From Yuukianura sp. NJ FZ-2021 (lineage: Eukaryota), in the NCBI GenBank assembly GCA_046563655.1, contig CM102283.1, forward strand, positions 5,580,001 to 5,644,000: a DNA stretch of 64,000 bases, read 5' to 3'. The translations under genes were made by a program, and so were the position numbers. Positions 63,439-64,000 of this stretch are shown in pieces (the stretch's first letter is position 1; each line of letters opens with the position of its first letter). The notes beneath the pieces were generated by a model. The model did not search any database, had not been told where the DNA came from, and saw nothing but the letters and a program-made list of their open reading frames with translations.

Positions 63439-64000
63439 CTACATAGGACCAGTACGGATACAGTTGCGATGATGGCGATCTCTGGTATCTCGTCTATTAA
63501 ACCGCTTTCCGCACTTCGGGCACCCGAAGCCTGTTGGATCCCCCCTGTGAATTGCTTAAGTCGTGGCGATTGACGCTCTTCGGTGCGGTAAAAGTCGTTG
63601 AGCACTTTTGACATTTGTAGCGGCCGGTCGCTTCATCGACGATCAGCAGAGGATATTTTCGTCTTTTGACAATAGACTCCAATGGATCTCGTTCGTTTTC
63701 ACTGGCATCCAAAGGTGGATCAGCGCGACGTCCTTCGATGGTTCTCGATGTAGCAGAGGTTGACGGAAGAGCGACAGCGAGTGTTTCGACTGAAACTGGT
63801 TCTTCGAGTGGAGGTAACGGCGGGGCTATGTCTGGAGTGAGTGCACGATGCGTAGATGGGTCCAGGATGGTGGCACGTGGTGGAGAATCGGTTGACATGG
63901 CGACGGAGAGATCCAGAACTGGAAGCTGGTCGTTTGGACCAAATAAGCCAACTGCTGGAGGCTCCATTTGAACAGCTGCACCAGATAGAGCCTGTGTATA
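63439..64000 (-). pseudogene. 3' end of a zinc-finger gene (C2H2 + C2HC) with a frameshift; runs off the window
   Basis: YKCQKCSTTFTAPKSVNRHDL, then after a 1-nt shift near 63556, AIHRGDPTGFGCPKCGKRFNRRDTRDRHHRNC...*. The frame is open to the window end. Confidence 0.6.

Overview
Gene-dense eukaryotic (arthropod-type) genomic DNA with short GT-AG introns. The compact introns and gene content suggest a basal hexapod such as a springtail, but that is inference only. Bases 1-56 kb carry mostly intact spliced genes: OXR1/mustard (LysM-TLDc, several alternative first exons), a PDZ+2xPH protein, an orphan 112-aa secreted prepropeptide, a shortened glypican, HAPSTR1/C16orf72, cytohesin/steppke, a LAP1/LULL1-type torsin activator, Dr1/NC2beta, two tandem torsins, the HECT E3 hyd/UBR5, an intronless Gln/His-rich secreted protein and a ZAD-like C2H2 zinc-finger gene. 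Bases 56-64 kb are an accessory zone with MITEs, minisatellites, a recent internally deleted LTR element (5-bp TSD) carrying an orphan ORF, and three frameshifted gene remnants. The most notable feature is at 32-39.4 kb, where torsin ATPases are physically clustered with their arginine-finger activator. All three proteins end in x-T-E-L, both torsins have a canonical GKT Walker A instead of the typical torsin GKN, and the second torsin sits behind a duplicated copy of the activator gene's upstream region, with the breakpoint at a transposon terminal repeat. Exon boundaries were derived by hand from splice signals and reading-frame phase; no database searches were run.
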